NCBI GenBank assembly: GCA_943357895.1
Contig: CALRGO010000001.1
Span: forward strand, 36,724 to 100,723
DNA length: 64,000 nucleotides
From: Parcubacteria group bacterium
Lineage (GTDB): Bacteria > Patescibacteriota > Minisyncoccia > UBA6257 > UBA11618
Direction of reading: 5' to 3'
Part shown: positions 45,855-55,431 of the stretch, piece after piece
Numbering within the stretch: the stretch's first letter is position 1
How the letters are laid out: the number at the start of each line of letters is the position of its first letter
Notes under the pieces: model-generated
Databases searched by the model: none
Seen by the model: the letters and a program-made list of their open reading frames with translations, nothing else
What the model was told of the DNA's origin: nothing
Program-made: the position numbers and the translations under genes

Positions 45855-45993
45855 GTACCGCGGTAACCGCGAGACTCTTCCTGCCCTTGCGGCGGCGCTT
45901 CGTTATGACGCGCGCACCCATAGAAGAGGACATTCTCTTCAAAAAACCGTGCGTCCTGCGGCGCTTTTTCTTGTGCGGATTATAGGTTTGACT
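45844..45993 (-). CDS. rpmH: 50S ribosomal protein L34
   Basis: MSQTYNPHKKKRRRTHGFLKRMSSSMGARVITKRRRKGRKSLAVTA. The internal Met of ORF 45844-46140 is the real start. Confidence 0.85.
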   Translation of the reverse strand, partial: SQTYNPHKKKRRRTHGFLKRMSSSMGARVITKRRRKGRKSLAVTAVHAR

Positions 45994-46080
45994 CATACCG
46001 CTATAATAACAGATTTTACGGCGCTTATCAACACGTTTTTTTATTCTGTCATTATTGACAGGTAACGGCCCAACCCTACA

Positions 46081-47466
46081 ATGAGTACCATGGATTGCAA
46101 CGAGCTTTGGCAGAAAGTACTCGGCGAAGTCGAGTTGCAAATATCACGTCCTAATTTCATCACGTGGTTTAAAAATAGTTCCATTTTAGAAAAGAAAGAT
46201 GGTACGGTCACCATCGGACTGCCTAATAATTTTGCCCGCGAGTGGGTTGAAAATAAATATCACAACACTATCTTCGGCACGCTCCGCACTATCGACAGCG
46301 GTATACGTAAAGTCGAATATATTTTAACGAAAGATTCCGCAAAGCTCTCGTCCAACACGAAAAAAACATCCAGCACTCAACCGTACGGCGACTCGTCGAG
46401 CCAGATGATGTTTAACGAGATCATCATCGACCCGAACACCAACCTTAATCCGCACCACACGATGAATTCGTTCATCGTAGGGTCTTCAAACGAGATGGCA
46501 TACGCCGCGGCGACGGGGATACTTAAAGAAATCGGTACAAAATATAACCCGCTCTTTATCTACGGTGGCGTCGGCGTAGGGAAAACACACTTAATGCAGG
46601 CCTTAGGTAACGAAATTGTGAAGCTGTACCACGGGAAGGTCCGCGCACGGTACATCACATCGGAAAAATTCATGAACGAAGTCATCTGGGGGATGAAAAA
46701 TAAGCGCATGGAATCCGTGAAAGAAAAATACCGTGCGATCGACGTTTTAATTATCGATGATATTCAATTTATCGCCGGTAAAGCGCGCACCGAAGAAGAA
46801 TTCTTCCACACGTTCAATGCCCTCTACGAGGAACGGAAACAAATTATTATATCCTCGGACCGTTCGCCAAAATTCATCCCCGTACTCGAAGAGCGCCTTC
46901 GATCGCGATTCGAAGGGGGGATGATCGTGGATATCGGCTACCCTGATTTTGAGCTTAAGGCAGCAGTGCTGCGCGCTAAACTTGCGGAGAAAAAAGCAGA
47001 TCTTTCGGATGAAGTGATAGCGGAAATTGTAAATAAAGTTAAAAAAGGATTCCGTGAACTCGAAGGCATATTAAACCGCATACTCTTTTATCAGCAGGTT
47101 AAAAACCTTATAATAACGCCCAAGCTCGCCGAACAAATAATCGCCGAAGTAATAAAGACGCCGCAAAAAAACATTCATCCGGATGTCATAATACAAACTG
47201 TTTCTGATTTTTTCGAAGTACCGACTGCAGACATTATGAGCCATTCACGCAAACAACAAGTTGTAGAGCCGCGGCAAATCGCCATTTATCTACTACGCGA
47301 CATTTTAGACTTATCCTATCCATTTATCGGCGAAAAATTAGGGAAACGCGACCACACAACAGTCCTTTATGCGTATGAAAAAATTTCGCAGGAAATGACG
47401 CGTAATCAGACACTCAACCAAAAAATACTTTCCATTAAAGAAATACTTAATAAGGCGTATGTATAA
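46081..47466 (+). CDS. dnaA: chromosomal replication initiator DnaA
   Basis: AAA+ Walker A GGVGVGKTHL and C-terminal DnaA-box-binding HTH. Confidence 0.95.
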   Translation: MSTMDCNELWQKVLGEVELQISRPNFITWFKNSSILEKKDGTVTIGLPNNFAREWVENKYHNTIFGTLRTIDSGIRKVEYILTKDSAKLSSNTKKTSSTQPYGDSSSQMMFNEIIIDPNTNLNPHHTMNSFIVGSSNEMAYAAATGILKEIGTKYNPLFIYGGVGVGKTHLMQALGNEIVKLYHGKVRARYITSEKFMNEVIWGMKNKRMESVKEKYRAIDVLIIDDIQFIAGKARTEEEFFHTFNALYEERKQIIISSDRSPKFIPVLEERLRSRFEGGMIVDIGYPDFELKAAVLRAKLAEKKADLSDEVIAEIVNKVKKGFRELEGILNRILFYQQVKNLIITPKLAEQIIAEVIKTPQKNIHPDVIIQTVSDFFEVPTADIMSHSRKQQVVEPRQIAIYLLRDILDLSYPFIGEKLGKRDHTTVLYAYEKISQEMTRNQTLNQKILSIKEILNKAYV

Positions 47467-47671
47467 CCAGTGGATAACATCCGTATAACATGTTGCCAAA
47501 GCGCCACACACCTTACATGATTACCAGAGCACCTGAAAGTTATCCCCTTAGAAACGCCGTAACTATCCACAGGAAGACGCTGTCAAAAAAGGGCTTTCTA
47601 AAGGGGAAAAGAGAGTTATCCACCTATCCGCTATACCTACTATTACTACTAACTATATATAGAAAGAATAT
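47467..47671. promoter_or_regulatory. oriC: at least four DnaA boxes plus AT-rich unwinding element between dnaA and dnaN
   Basis: TGGATAACA (47471), GTTATCCCC (~47539), CTATCCACA (~47564), GTTATCCACC (~47614); AT-rich ctactattactactaactatatatagaaagaatat. Confidence 0.7.
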
Positions 47672-48784
47672 ATGAAACTAATTGTATTCCGTGACAACCT
47701 AAAAAACGGACTATTAGCTGCCGAACGGGCGGTAGCCGATTCGTCTAACTTACCGATATTAAAGAACGTCTTATTGAAAACGGTAGGGAATAAAATTCAA
47801 CTTACGACAACAAACCTCGAGCTTGCTATCACAAAACTTATATCGGGAAAGATTGTAGAAGAAGGTGCGTTATCGGTTCCTTTCAGCACGTTTTACAGTA
47901 TTGTGAATAATACGACGCACGACCGTATTAATCTTGAGCGCAGCGAATCGAGCTTTATGGTGAAGACAGATAATTACGAAGCGAAGATGCAGGGGTCTTC
48001 CGCGGAGGATTTTCCTCTTGTTCCACGTATGGAGAGCATGGATCATTATATGGAAATAGATCCGGTTTTTTTCCAAGACGCATTACAGCAGGTGATAAGC
48101 GCGGCGCATATATCAGATATCCGTCCAGAAATCAGCGGCGTATTATTCGACTTTCAAATGACGTCGTTAAAGCTTGTCGCCACGGATAGTTTTCGTTTAG
48201 CAGAAAAGGTAATCGATGGAGGGAGATTTAAACACACGTTCGAGGCCGGGTTTAAGGCTATAGTGCCACTTCGCACGGCGCAGGAGCTCTTACGGGTTAT
48301 TTCGCGTACAACGCCCCTCCTCGTTCATTGTGACGGCAATCAGATGCTCTTTACGTCCGACGACGTGGAGTTAATGTCACGGCTTATTGATGGTACGTAC
48401 CCTGACTACGAGCAGATCATCCCGAAAGACGCGGAGACGGAGATTGCGCTCGATAAGGCGCATCTTATGAACGCTGTAAAACTTGTAAGTAATTTCAGCG
48501 GTAAGACGAACGACGTACGTCTTTCAACAGATATAGAAGGAAAGACGGTGACGGTTCATTCGGTTAATCAATTCCTCGGCGAAAATAAATATCTTATCCC
48601 TGCACGCGTAACGGGTGCGCAAATTACGGATATTCCATTTAATTGGCGGTATCTTTTAGACGGACTGAAATCTATACAAGGGGATTCAGTTGTGTTGCGG
48701 CTTAATGGTAATAACAGACCAGCCTTAATGCGTCCCGAGAGTGATATATCGTTCCTCTATGTCGTAATGCCTATTCGGGTCTAG
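47672..48784 (+). CDS. dnaN: DNA polymerase III beta sliding clamp
   Basis: 370 aa with three-domain beta-clamp architecture, immediately after dnaA and oriC. Confidence 0.9.
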   Translation: MKLIVFRDNLKNGLLAAERAVADSSNLPILKNVLLKTVGNKIQLTTTNLELAITKLISGKIVEEGALSVPFSTFYSIVNNTTHDRINLERSESSFMVKTDNYEAKMQGSSAEDFPLVPRMESMDHYMEIDPVFFQDALQQVISAAHISDIRPEISGVLFDFQMTSLKLVATDSFRLAEKVIDGGRFKHTFEAGFKAIVPLRTAQELLRVISRTTPLLVHCDGNQMLFTSDDVELMSRLIDGTYPDYEQIIPKDAETEIALDKAHLMNAVKLVSNFSGKTNDVRLSTDIEGKTVTVHSVNQFLGENKYLIPARVTGAQITDIPFNWRYLLDGLKSIQGDSVVLRLNGNNRPALMRPESDISFLYVVMPIRV

Positions 48785-48793
48785 TGGTTCGGT

Positions 48794-51184
48794 TTACCTC
48801 CTAAAAACTATTATTTCTTTCGTGTCTATTATTCCTTGCATCCCTACTGTTTTTATCGTGAGTTTATTTTGTGCTTCGAGAGGGGTCTGTATCGTCACTG
48901 AGTAGTCGTAGTCCCTACTTGGTAGGATAGTATCGTTTTTAACGAGTACATCGTTCACGTATATTTCAATTCCCGTAACGTCCGTCATACTCCTAATGTG
49001 TGCGTTCACCATAAAGGGGGATGATGTTATAAAGTCACCATTTTTAATATTCGTAAGCTCGATGGGGGATATAGATGATGAATTAGCGTTTCCATGATTC
49101 ATAATAAAGTTAGGGTTTTCGCCGATCCACGCGATTATCGCATCTTCCCAATTCTTGAATTGTGAGTCCGTCTGCGGGTTTTGTAGTGGTGGACCCAACG
49201 GATCCTTTTTATTTACGTAGTAGAGAATTGTATGTACTTCGTTGTTTACGACATACTCACCGTTTAATACTGGTTTATCGGTTAGTATTGCATTCGGCCG
49301 CGGGAATGGTTCAAAGGGCGCATTCTTAAGGGCTTCTTTCATGAATGCGCTCCAAATAGGGACAGCCGCTAAAATACTGCCGCCCTTTTTTTGCATCGGC
49401 TTATTATCGTTATTACCCGCCCAAACACCGACTACGAGGGATGGTGTGTAGCCGAATGTCCACGCATCACGGTAATCGTTCGTAGTACCGGTTTTAAGCG
49501 CTACTTCTTGGTTGGGAAATACCGTGAGTCCTATACTATTTTGGAAAAGCGGGGAGCGTGCGGCAGTGTCCGATAAAATATCATTCACCATACGCACATG
49601 TTCGCTATCCGTCACTTGTTCCTTTTTATCCTTATATAACTCAAGTATTTTTCCATTTTTATCTTGAACGGAAAGTATCATCGCTTGGTTATGTAAGACG
49701 CCGTCTTGGCTTAAGACGGAATACGCCTTAATCATATCGATAAGTTTTATTTCGCCACCTCCTAAGGCGAGTGTGAGGCCATACCGGTTACGTTCGTTTA
49801 ATGTCGATATACCCATTACGTGCAGAAGCGTAAGTACGTTATCGATACCCGAAAGATAGAGTGTTTTTACGGATGGAACGTTTATTGATTGTGCTAAAGC
49901 ATTTCGCATTGTGATTGGACCGCGGAATTCTCCGTCGAAGTTATGGGGTTTATAACTGCGCTCGGGATCACCCGTTGTATCGAATTCCGTTTCCACGTCA
50001 AAGAGGATGGTGTCAGGTGTGAATCCTTTTTTAAAAGCGGAAAGATATGCGAACGGTTTTATAGACGAGCCGGGCTGGCGAAGGCCCTGGGAAGCGACGT
50101 CGAAGTTGCCGTCTATCGTTTCGTCGAAGTAATCGCGCGAACCCACGAGCGCGAGTATATTACCAGTATTCGAATCCTGCGCCACAAGTGCAGCGTTCGT
50201 TCCTTGATAGAGCTCGGTGTTTCGTTTTGCGCCATCAGCTACAACCTTTTCTGCAACTTGCTGTAAGTTCCAGTCGAGCGTAGTTGTGACCTTAAGTCCA
50301 CCCGTGCGCATAAAGTCGTCGCCGTAGGCATTTGCGAGATATTCCTGCACAAACATTACAAAATGTGGCGCTTTAATATTCGTGAATTGAGGGATAAATT
50401 CCAGTTTTTCGGCGAGCGTCTTTTTCTTTTCATCTTCATTTATAAACCCCGCGTCTTTCATTTGGTTTATTGTGCGGTCCTTACGTTCTATGAGTTCCGT
50501 AACGTGTATTCCCCATGGGGAATAATAACTAGGCGCTTTAGGTAAGCTCGCGAGAAGTGCGGCTTCCGCTACGGTGAGGTCTATAGCGCTCTTAGCAAAG
50601 TATGTTTTTGCTGCTGCCTCGATGCCATAGGCATTCGCACCGTAGGGGATTTGGTTTAAATATAAGTTTAATATTTCGTCTTTCGAATAACGCTTTTCGA
50701 GGTTGTACGATATAACAAGTTCCTTTAGCTTGCGCGAAAGTGTGCGGTCGTCCGTAAGGAAGGCCTTTTTCGCGAGTTGTTGGGTAATAGTTGATCCGCC
50801 TTGGACGACGCTAACGTTTTGGATGTTCGCGAGCATCGCGCGCGCGATTGATTTCCAGTCGACGGCGGCGTGGTCGTAAAAATTACGGTCTTCGACCGCG
50901 AGTGTCGCCTTACGTACGATATCGGGTATCTGCTCGGGGGAGACGACTGTTCGCCGTTGCTCGCCATAGAGCTCATATAAAAGTACTTTACCGGTACGGT
51001 CATAAATCTTCGTCGATTCAGCGACGCGGTTTTGCGAAAGGAGGTTCACGTCGGGCACAGACCGAAGTACGGCAAAAGCGTATAACGCACTCGCAAAAAT
51101 AACGACCGTTATACTTATAGTAATAGGTCCGTAGGATTTCTTAAGAAATTTTTTAAATAGAAGTTTTTTGAATTGCAATTTCAT
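48794..51184 (-). CDS. class A penicillin-binding protein (transglycosylase/transpeptidase)
   Basis: GT51 motifs EDxxFxxHxG and GGSTITQQ; transpeptidase SxxK and KTG. Confidence 0.9.
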   Translation of the reverse strand: MKLQFKKLLFKKFLKKSYGPITISITVVIFASALYAFAVLRSVPDVNLLSQNRVAESTKIYDRTGKVLLYELYGEQRRTVVSPEQIPDIVRKATLAVEDRNFYDHAAVDWKSIARAMLANIQNVSVVQGGSTITQQLAKKAFLTDDRTLSRKLKELVISYNLEKRYSKDEILNLYLNQIPYGANAYGIEAAAKTYFAKSAIDLTVAEAALLASLPKAPSYYSPWGIHVTELIERKDRTINQMKDAGFINEDEKKKTLAEKLEFIPQFTNIKAPHFVMFVQEYLANAYGDDFMRTGGLKVTTTLDWNLQQVAEKVVADGAKRNTELYQGTNAALVAQDSNTGNILALVGSRDYFDETIDGNFDVASQGLRQPGSSIKPFAYLSAFKKGFTPDTILFDVETEFDTTGDPERSYKPHNFDGEFRGPITMRNALAQSINVPSVKTLYLSGIDNVLTLLHVMGISTLNERNRYGLTLALGGGEIKLIDMIKAYSVLSQDGVLHNQAMILSVQDKNGKILELYKDKKEQVTDSEHVRMVNDILSDTAARSPLFQNSIGLTVFPNQEVALKTGTTNDYRDAWTFGYTPSLVVGVWAGNNDNKPMQKKGGSILAAVPIWSAFMKEALKNAPFEPFPRPNAILTDKPVLNGEYVVNNEVHTILYYVNKKDPLGPPLQNPQTDSQFKNWEDAIIAWIGENPNFIMNHGNANSSSISPIELTNIKNGDFITSSPFMVNAHIRSMTDVTGIEIYVNDVLVKNDTILPSRDYDYSVTIQTPLEAQNKLTIKTVGMQGIIDTKEIIVFRR

Positions 51185-51242
51185 ATTTAATACACGAACA
51201 AAACGTCCCGCATATCAGTATACCGTATGCAGGACGCTATTA

Positions 51243-51281
51243 GACTCCATCTTAAAAATAGTTTTTAAGATGGAGTCTTAT
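51243..51281. terminator. perfect IR hairpin (AGACTCCATCTTAAAAA-tag-TTTTTAAGATGGAGTCT)
   Basis: Seen directly between the acidic small ORF and the PBP promoter region. Confidence 0.6.
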
Positions 51282-51304
51282 TGTGTTCGGTTAGTAGGTA
51301 CTAT

Positions 51305-51553
51305 CTATACCTCTTCGTCATCGTCGTCATCCTCTTCGTCATCGTCCGTCGCAAATTCGTCATCGTCTTCCGCGTCCGCATCGTCGTCGTTTTCCAAGTC
51401 GTCTTCTAATCCGTCAACGTCGTCTAATCCATCTATATTTATGAATCGATCTACGGGGAGGATGGGGGTGCTGATTTCAGTAATAAATTCCATAAAAAAA
51501 CACGCAATAACGACCTTTTGGGGGAAGTATATACGAGTACTCCAGAGTGTCAA
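51305..51553 (-). CDS. small protein with poly-acidic (D/E) tail (82 aa)
   Basis: Starts 3 nt after the ruvC stop and is followed by a terminator. The antisense poly-Ser ORF is rejected. Low complexity, so weak. Confidence 0.3.
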   Translation of the reverse strand: MTLWSTRIYFPQKVVIACFFMEFITEISTPILPVDRFINIDGLDDVDGLEDDLENDDDADAEDDDEFATDDDEEDDDDDEEV

Positions 51554-52044
51554 GAACTTCTTAATGCTTGGTGGATGCCCGCCGTAGCGATGGCAACGGC
51601 GAGGGCGTCCGTTGCATCGTCTAAGATGCGGAGCGGTGGGACTTTTAATATCATCGCAACCATACGCGCGACAGCTTTTTTATCTGCGCCACCATAATTA
51701 GTCGTCGCAACTTTTACTTGTTGGGGCGTGAATTCGTAAACAGGAGCAGCGCCGCTTGCGAGGTGAAGTAGGAGTCCGCGCGCCTGCGCGACTTCGATAC
51801 CCGTCTTTACGTTCTTGGAGAAGAATAGCTTTTCGATACCGATAGCATCGGGCTTGGATTCCGCAATAAGTTTTTTGAATTCGGTTGCGAGCGCGTTCAA
51901 TTTTTCCGCCGCATCTCCTTTCGGGATTTCGATGACCCCCGTTTTAATAAGGGAGAGAATCGATCCCTTTTTTTCTATCAAGCCGAAACCGATGCGCGAA
52001 CTACCGGGGTCGATGCCGAGGATACGGAGCTCGACTGCAGTCAT
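51550..52044 (-). CDS. ruvC: Holliday junction resolvase RuvC
   Basis: ILGIDPGS N-terminus; RNase H-like fold catalytic Asp/Glu. Confidence 0.9.
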   Translation of the reverse strand: MTAVELRILGIDPGSSRIGFGLIEKKGSILSLIKTGVIEIPKGDAAEKLNALATEFKKLIAESKPDAIGIEKLFFSKNVKTGIEVAQARGLLLHLASGAAPVYEFTPQQVKVATTNYGGADKKAVARMVAMILKVPPLRILDDATDALAVAIATAGIHQALRSS

Positions 52045-52565
52045 TAGGCTTTAGGCGCTAGGTTGGTAAAAACAGATTGCACATCGTCGCGGTCATCGAG
52101 AAGGTCTTCCAGTTTTTCCATTACTACGCGGTCTTCATCACTTCCCTCGAGAGGAAACTTCGCTTCTGTTCCTTCGAACGCCCAGCGTACACTGCCTATT
52201 TCGCCGAGCTTGCCACCGTTCTTTTCGAGGAGGTGGCGCACTTCGTTAACCGTGCGGGTAGTGCTGTCAGTGATTGTATTAATAAGGATTGCGATGCCGT
52301 TCGGACCGTATGCTTCGAGTGTCATTTCTTCTAGTGCGTCGGCATCCTGTGTTTTCTGTATTGCACGTTCGATATTTTCGTTAGGTACGGCGTTCGCCTT
52401 CGCGTCGTCCATAAGGCTCCGCAGGCGGGGATTAAAGCCAGGGTTCGGTTCGCTCCGCGCCGCTATCGTAATAGCCTTTAAAATCTTCGAGAAAACAATA
52501 CTCCGCTTTTTGTCGGTGGCGCCCTTTTGGTGCTTTATCTGGGACCACTTGTTATGTCCGGACAT
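52044..52565 (-). CDS. yebC: YebC/PmpR-family transcriptional regulator (short form)
   Basis: MSGHNKWSQIKHQKG...; 173 aa versus a typical ~240. Confidence 0.8.
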   Translation of the reverse strand: MSGHNKWSQIKHQKGATDKKRSIVFSKILKAITIAARSEPNPGFNPRLRSLMDDAKANAVPNENIERAIQKTQDADALEEMTLEAYGPNGIAILINTITDSTTRTVNEVRHLLEKNGGKLGEIGSVRWAFEGTEAKFPLEGSDEDRVVMEKLEDLLDDRDDVQSVFTNLAPKA

Positions 52566-52593
52566 ATATACGGAGGGTAGAGGATTTAGACTT

Positions 52594-52767
52594 TAGAGTC
52601 TATCCCGAAAATAGCTTTTGAAAAATATCTGCGCCCCTTCCGGTTATTTCCGACTGCGAACCACGATTTTCTTCTCGGAATACATCGGTATTCCTTGTCG
52701 AAATATCGCGTCTCTCGCTCGGAAATCCCTTGGAATTGGCTGCAGCCTATTTTCGGGATAGACTCTA
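52594..52767. repeat. 174-bp segment bounded by 21/22-bp inverted repeats (TAGAGTCTATCCCGAAAATAGC / GCTATTTTCGGGATAGACTCTA), MITE-like, in the yebC / pilB-like divergent region
   Basis: Terminal inverted repeats seen directly; no ORF inside. Confidence 0.5.
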
Positions 52768-52806
52768 GGCGCTAGGCTTTAGGAAATGCTACCGTAATGC
52801 ATATAT

Positions 52807-54210
52807 ATGTCCCTTATAGACGAACAGTTGGCACGGCTTGCGCGCGAGCATGAAGAACGCGGGGAAAAGCGTGAGGCGGAGCGCCGCGTGGCATCCGCAC
52901 CCGCGGCCGAAATCGCGGGCATTATCGAAATCGCGCCTGAGCGCGAGCGGGAGCTTGCATCTCGCATAGGGACGCTTGCGGAGGCTCAGTCGGCATTTGC
53001 CGCATTCGACTTTGAAAATGGCGCCACTGCATCGCTTATCGAACTCCTATTACTTGCGGGTGTGCGCTTACGCGCCTCAGATATTCATATCGAACCGCAG
53101 GAGGTTGCGGTTTCCCTACGTATGCGTATAGACGGCATCATGCAGGACGCGGGGACTATACCAATTCCGTACCATAAGCTTTTCTCTTCGCGCCTTAAAC
53201 TACTTGCGCGCATGAAGTTGAACGCAGATAAGCCGCAAGACGGCCGTTTTTCGGTGCGTCTGCCAGAATCTCAAATAGAGGTGCGTGTATCTTCGGTGCC
53301 GTCGCAGTACGGAGAGACGGTTGTTATGCGTATCTTAGACCCGCGGGCGCTAGAGACGGATATCGGTTCTCTAGGGTTGCGGCAAGACGACTTTGCAATT
53401 GTAATGCGCGAATTATCTGTGCCGAACGGTATGATCTTAAACACCGGCCCTACAGGCTCAGGTAAAACGACGACACTCTACTCTTTCTTAAAGAAGGTTG
53501 CGCGGCCGGAGAAAAAAGCGATCACCATCGAAGATCCTATTGAGTACGCTATTTCTGGTATTGAGCAGACGCAGGTGAGTGAAGATAAGGGGTATTCCTT
53601 TGCGACAGGGCTTAAAGCTATCGTGCGGCAGGATCCGGATATTATCCTCGTGGGTGAAATTCGCGACGCGGAGACGGCGGAAATCGGCATGCAAGCCGCG
53701 CTTACGGGGCATCAAGTTTTTTCTACGGTACACGCAAACGACGCGGCGGGCGCGATACCGCGATTGCTCGATATGGGTGTACAAAAAGAAACCATAGGCC
53801 CTGCGATAAACCTCATTATGGGTCAGCGGCTCGTGCGTCGCTTGTGCGAAAAATGTAAAAAGCCCGCAGGGGCGGATGCGGTAATGCATGAAAAAATTAA
53901 AAAGTATTTAGAAATGCTTCCTGCGCGCGCCTCGCGCGAAGGGCTTTCGGTTGAGGGTATGCGTGACTCTGTTGGATGCATCGCGTGCGATAACACGGGT
54001 TATCGTGGACGTATCGCCTTATTTGAGTTGTTTCCTATAAACGCTGATGCAGAAAAAATAATAGCCGCTAATACGGGCTATGCCGACCTCTATGCGTTCG
54101 CCATTGCGCGCGGAATGGTGACAATGCAGCAGGATGGCATGTTAAAAGTCCTTCATGGTATAACGACGGTAGCGGAAATTGAGGCTGCGACGGGACCGAT
54201 TTCGTTTTAG
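52807..54210 (+). CDS. GspE/PilB-family secretion ATPase (type II secretion / type IV pilus assembly)
   Basis: Walker A GPTGSGKTTT, Asp and His boxes, and a tetracysteine CEKC...CIAC zinc motif. Confidence 0.85.
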   Translation: MSLIDEQLARLAREHEERGEKREAERRVASAPAAEIAGIIEIAPERERELASRIGTLAEAQSAFAAFDFENGATASLIELLLLAGVRLRASDIHIEPQEVAVSLRMRIDGIMQDAGTIPIPYHKLFSSRLKLLARMKLNADKPQDGRFSVRLPESQIEVRVSSVPSQYGETVVMRILDPRALETDIGSLGLRQDDFAIVMRELSVPNGMILNTGPTGSGKTTTLYSFLKKVARPEKKAITIEDPIEYAISGIEQTQVSEDKGYSFATGLKAIVRQDPDIILVGEIRDAETAEIGMQAALTGHQVFSTVHANDAAGAIPRLLDMGVQKETIGPAINLIMGQRLVRRLCEKCKKPAGADAVMHEKIKKYLEMLPARASREGLSVEGMRDSVGCIACDNTGYRGRIALFELFPINADAEKIIAANTGYADLYAFAIARGMVTMQQDGMLKVLHGITTVAEIEAATGPISF

Positions 54211-54220
54211 TGAAAAATAA

Positions 54221-54380
54221 TGATCTGCGGGCGTTGTCTCGTTGAGCCGAGAACTATAGAAATCTTTTTCACGAGGGAAAAAGGTTAGAACGATTTCGAG
54301 GAGAGATCCAGCCGGAGCCAGACCATCCGTATACTAAAAATTGTTCTTTCCGAACTTGCGTCCGGGTCGCCCGCAGATCA
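54221..54380. repeat. 160-bp segment bounded by 13-bp inverted repeats (TGATCTGCGGGCG / CGCCCGCAGATCA), upstream of ruvB
   Basis: Inverted repeat seen directly; interior could fold as an RNA. Confidence 0.4.
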
Positions 54381-54425
54381 CTAACCTCCACTAACAGGCA
54401 TCAGTATAGCACAGTCATTTTCAAT

Positions 54426-55430
54426 TTGTCAAGCACTACCGTGGATAACCAAAAAGAGCATCTCACCGTCGATTCAGCCTTACGCCCCTCGGGATGGGGC
54501 GATTATGTCGGCCAAGATAAGATCAAGGAAAACTTGCGCGTTATTTTAGCGGCTGCAAAAGCCCGCAACGAAGCGTGCGATCATCTGCTTTTTTACGGTC
54601 AAGCGGGCTTAGGAAAGACTACTTTGGCGCACTTGGTGACCAACGAACTCGGGTGCGGGTTAAAGGTTACCTCCGGCCCTGCACTCGAAAAGATGGGGGA
54701 CTTGGCGGCAGTGCTCTCCAACCTTGAAGAGCGCGACGTGTTATTTATAGACGAGGCGCACCGTATTAATAAAAACATCGAGGAGGTGCTCTATCCTGCT
54801 ATGGAGAGCCGCAAGCTCAATTTGATAATCGGCAAGGGGCCGGGCGCGCGCACGGTGTCCTTAGACCTTCCGGCGTTTACGGTAATTGCGGCGACGACGC
54901 GCGTGCATTTGATATCCGGTCCGCTTCGGTCGCGGTTCGGCGCTTCGTTTAAGCTCGACTATTACGATAATCCGGCAATCGAGCAGATCGTGCGCCGGTC
55001 GGCAGGTATTTTGAATATGAATTTAGATGATGCGGCTATTGCGCGCGTTGCCCTTGCTTCACGCTTTACTCCCCGCGCCGCAAACCGCTTATTAAAGCGC
55101 GTGCGCGATTATGCCGAGGTGCATAATGTAACGACCGTCAGCGATGATGTGGTGAAAAAGACGTTCGATATGCTCGATATCGATCCCTTAGGTTTAGAAT
55201 TGCTCGACCGGCGGTACATGGAGCTTATTATTAAAAAATTCAACGGCGGTCCGGTTGGTATTAATTCCGTGGCGGCCGCAATGAACGACAACGCGGAAAA
55301 TATCGAGGAGGTAGTCGAGCCGTTCCTTATCATGCTCGGGTTCTTGCACCGCACATCTGCCGGCCGCGTGGTAACACCCGAGGGATATGCACATCTCGCT
55401 ATGCCTGTGCCGCAAAGCCGCCTTATATAA
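54426..55430 (+). CDS. ruvB: Holliday junction branch migration ATPase RuvB
   Basis: TTG start; Walker A GQAGLGKTTLA, sensor motifs and winged-helix C-terminus. Confidence 0.9.
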   Translation: MSSTTVDNQKEHLTVDSALRPSGWGDYVGQDKIKENLRVILAAAKARNEACDHLLFYGQAGLGKTTLAHLVTNELGCGLKVTSGPALEKMGDLAAVLSNLEERDVLFIDEAHRINKNIEEVLYPAMESRKLNLIIGKGPGARTVSLDLPAFTVIAATTRVHLISGPLRSRFGASFKLDYYDNPAIEQIVRRSAGILNMNLDDAAIARVALASRFTPRAANRLLKRVRDYAEVHNVTTVSDDVVKKTFDMLDIDPLGLELLDRRYMELIIKKFNGGPVGINSVAAAMNDNAENIEEVVEPFLIMLGFLHRTSAGRVVTPEGYAHLAMPVPQSRLI

Positions 55431-55431
55431 G

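Noticed and set aside
51168-51587. 139-aa plus-strand ORF with poly-serine run
   Set aside because: It is a low-complexity antisense reading of a GAC/GAA-rich stretch and overlaps the PBP start. The minus-strand acidic ORF coupled to ruvC is more plausible, and even that is weak.
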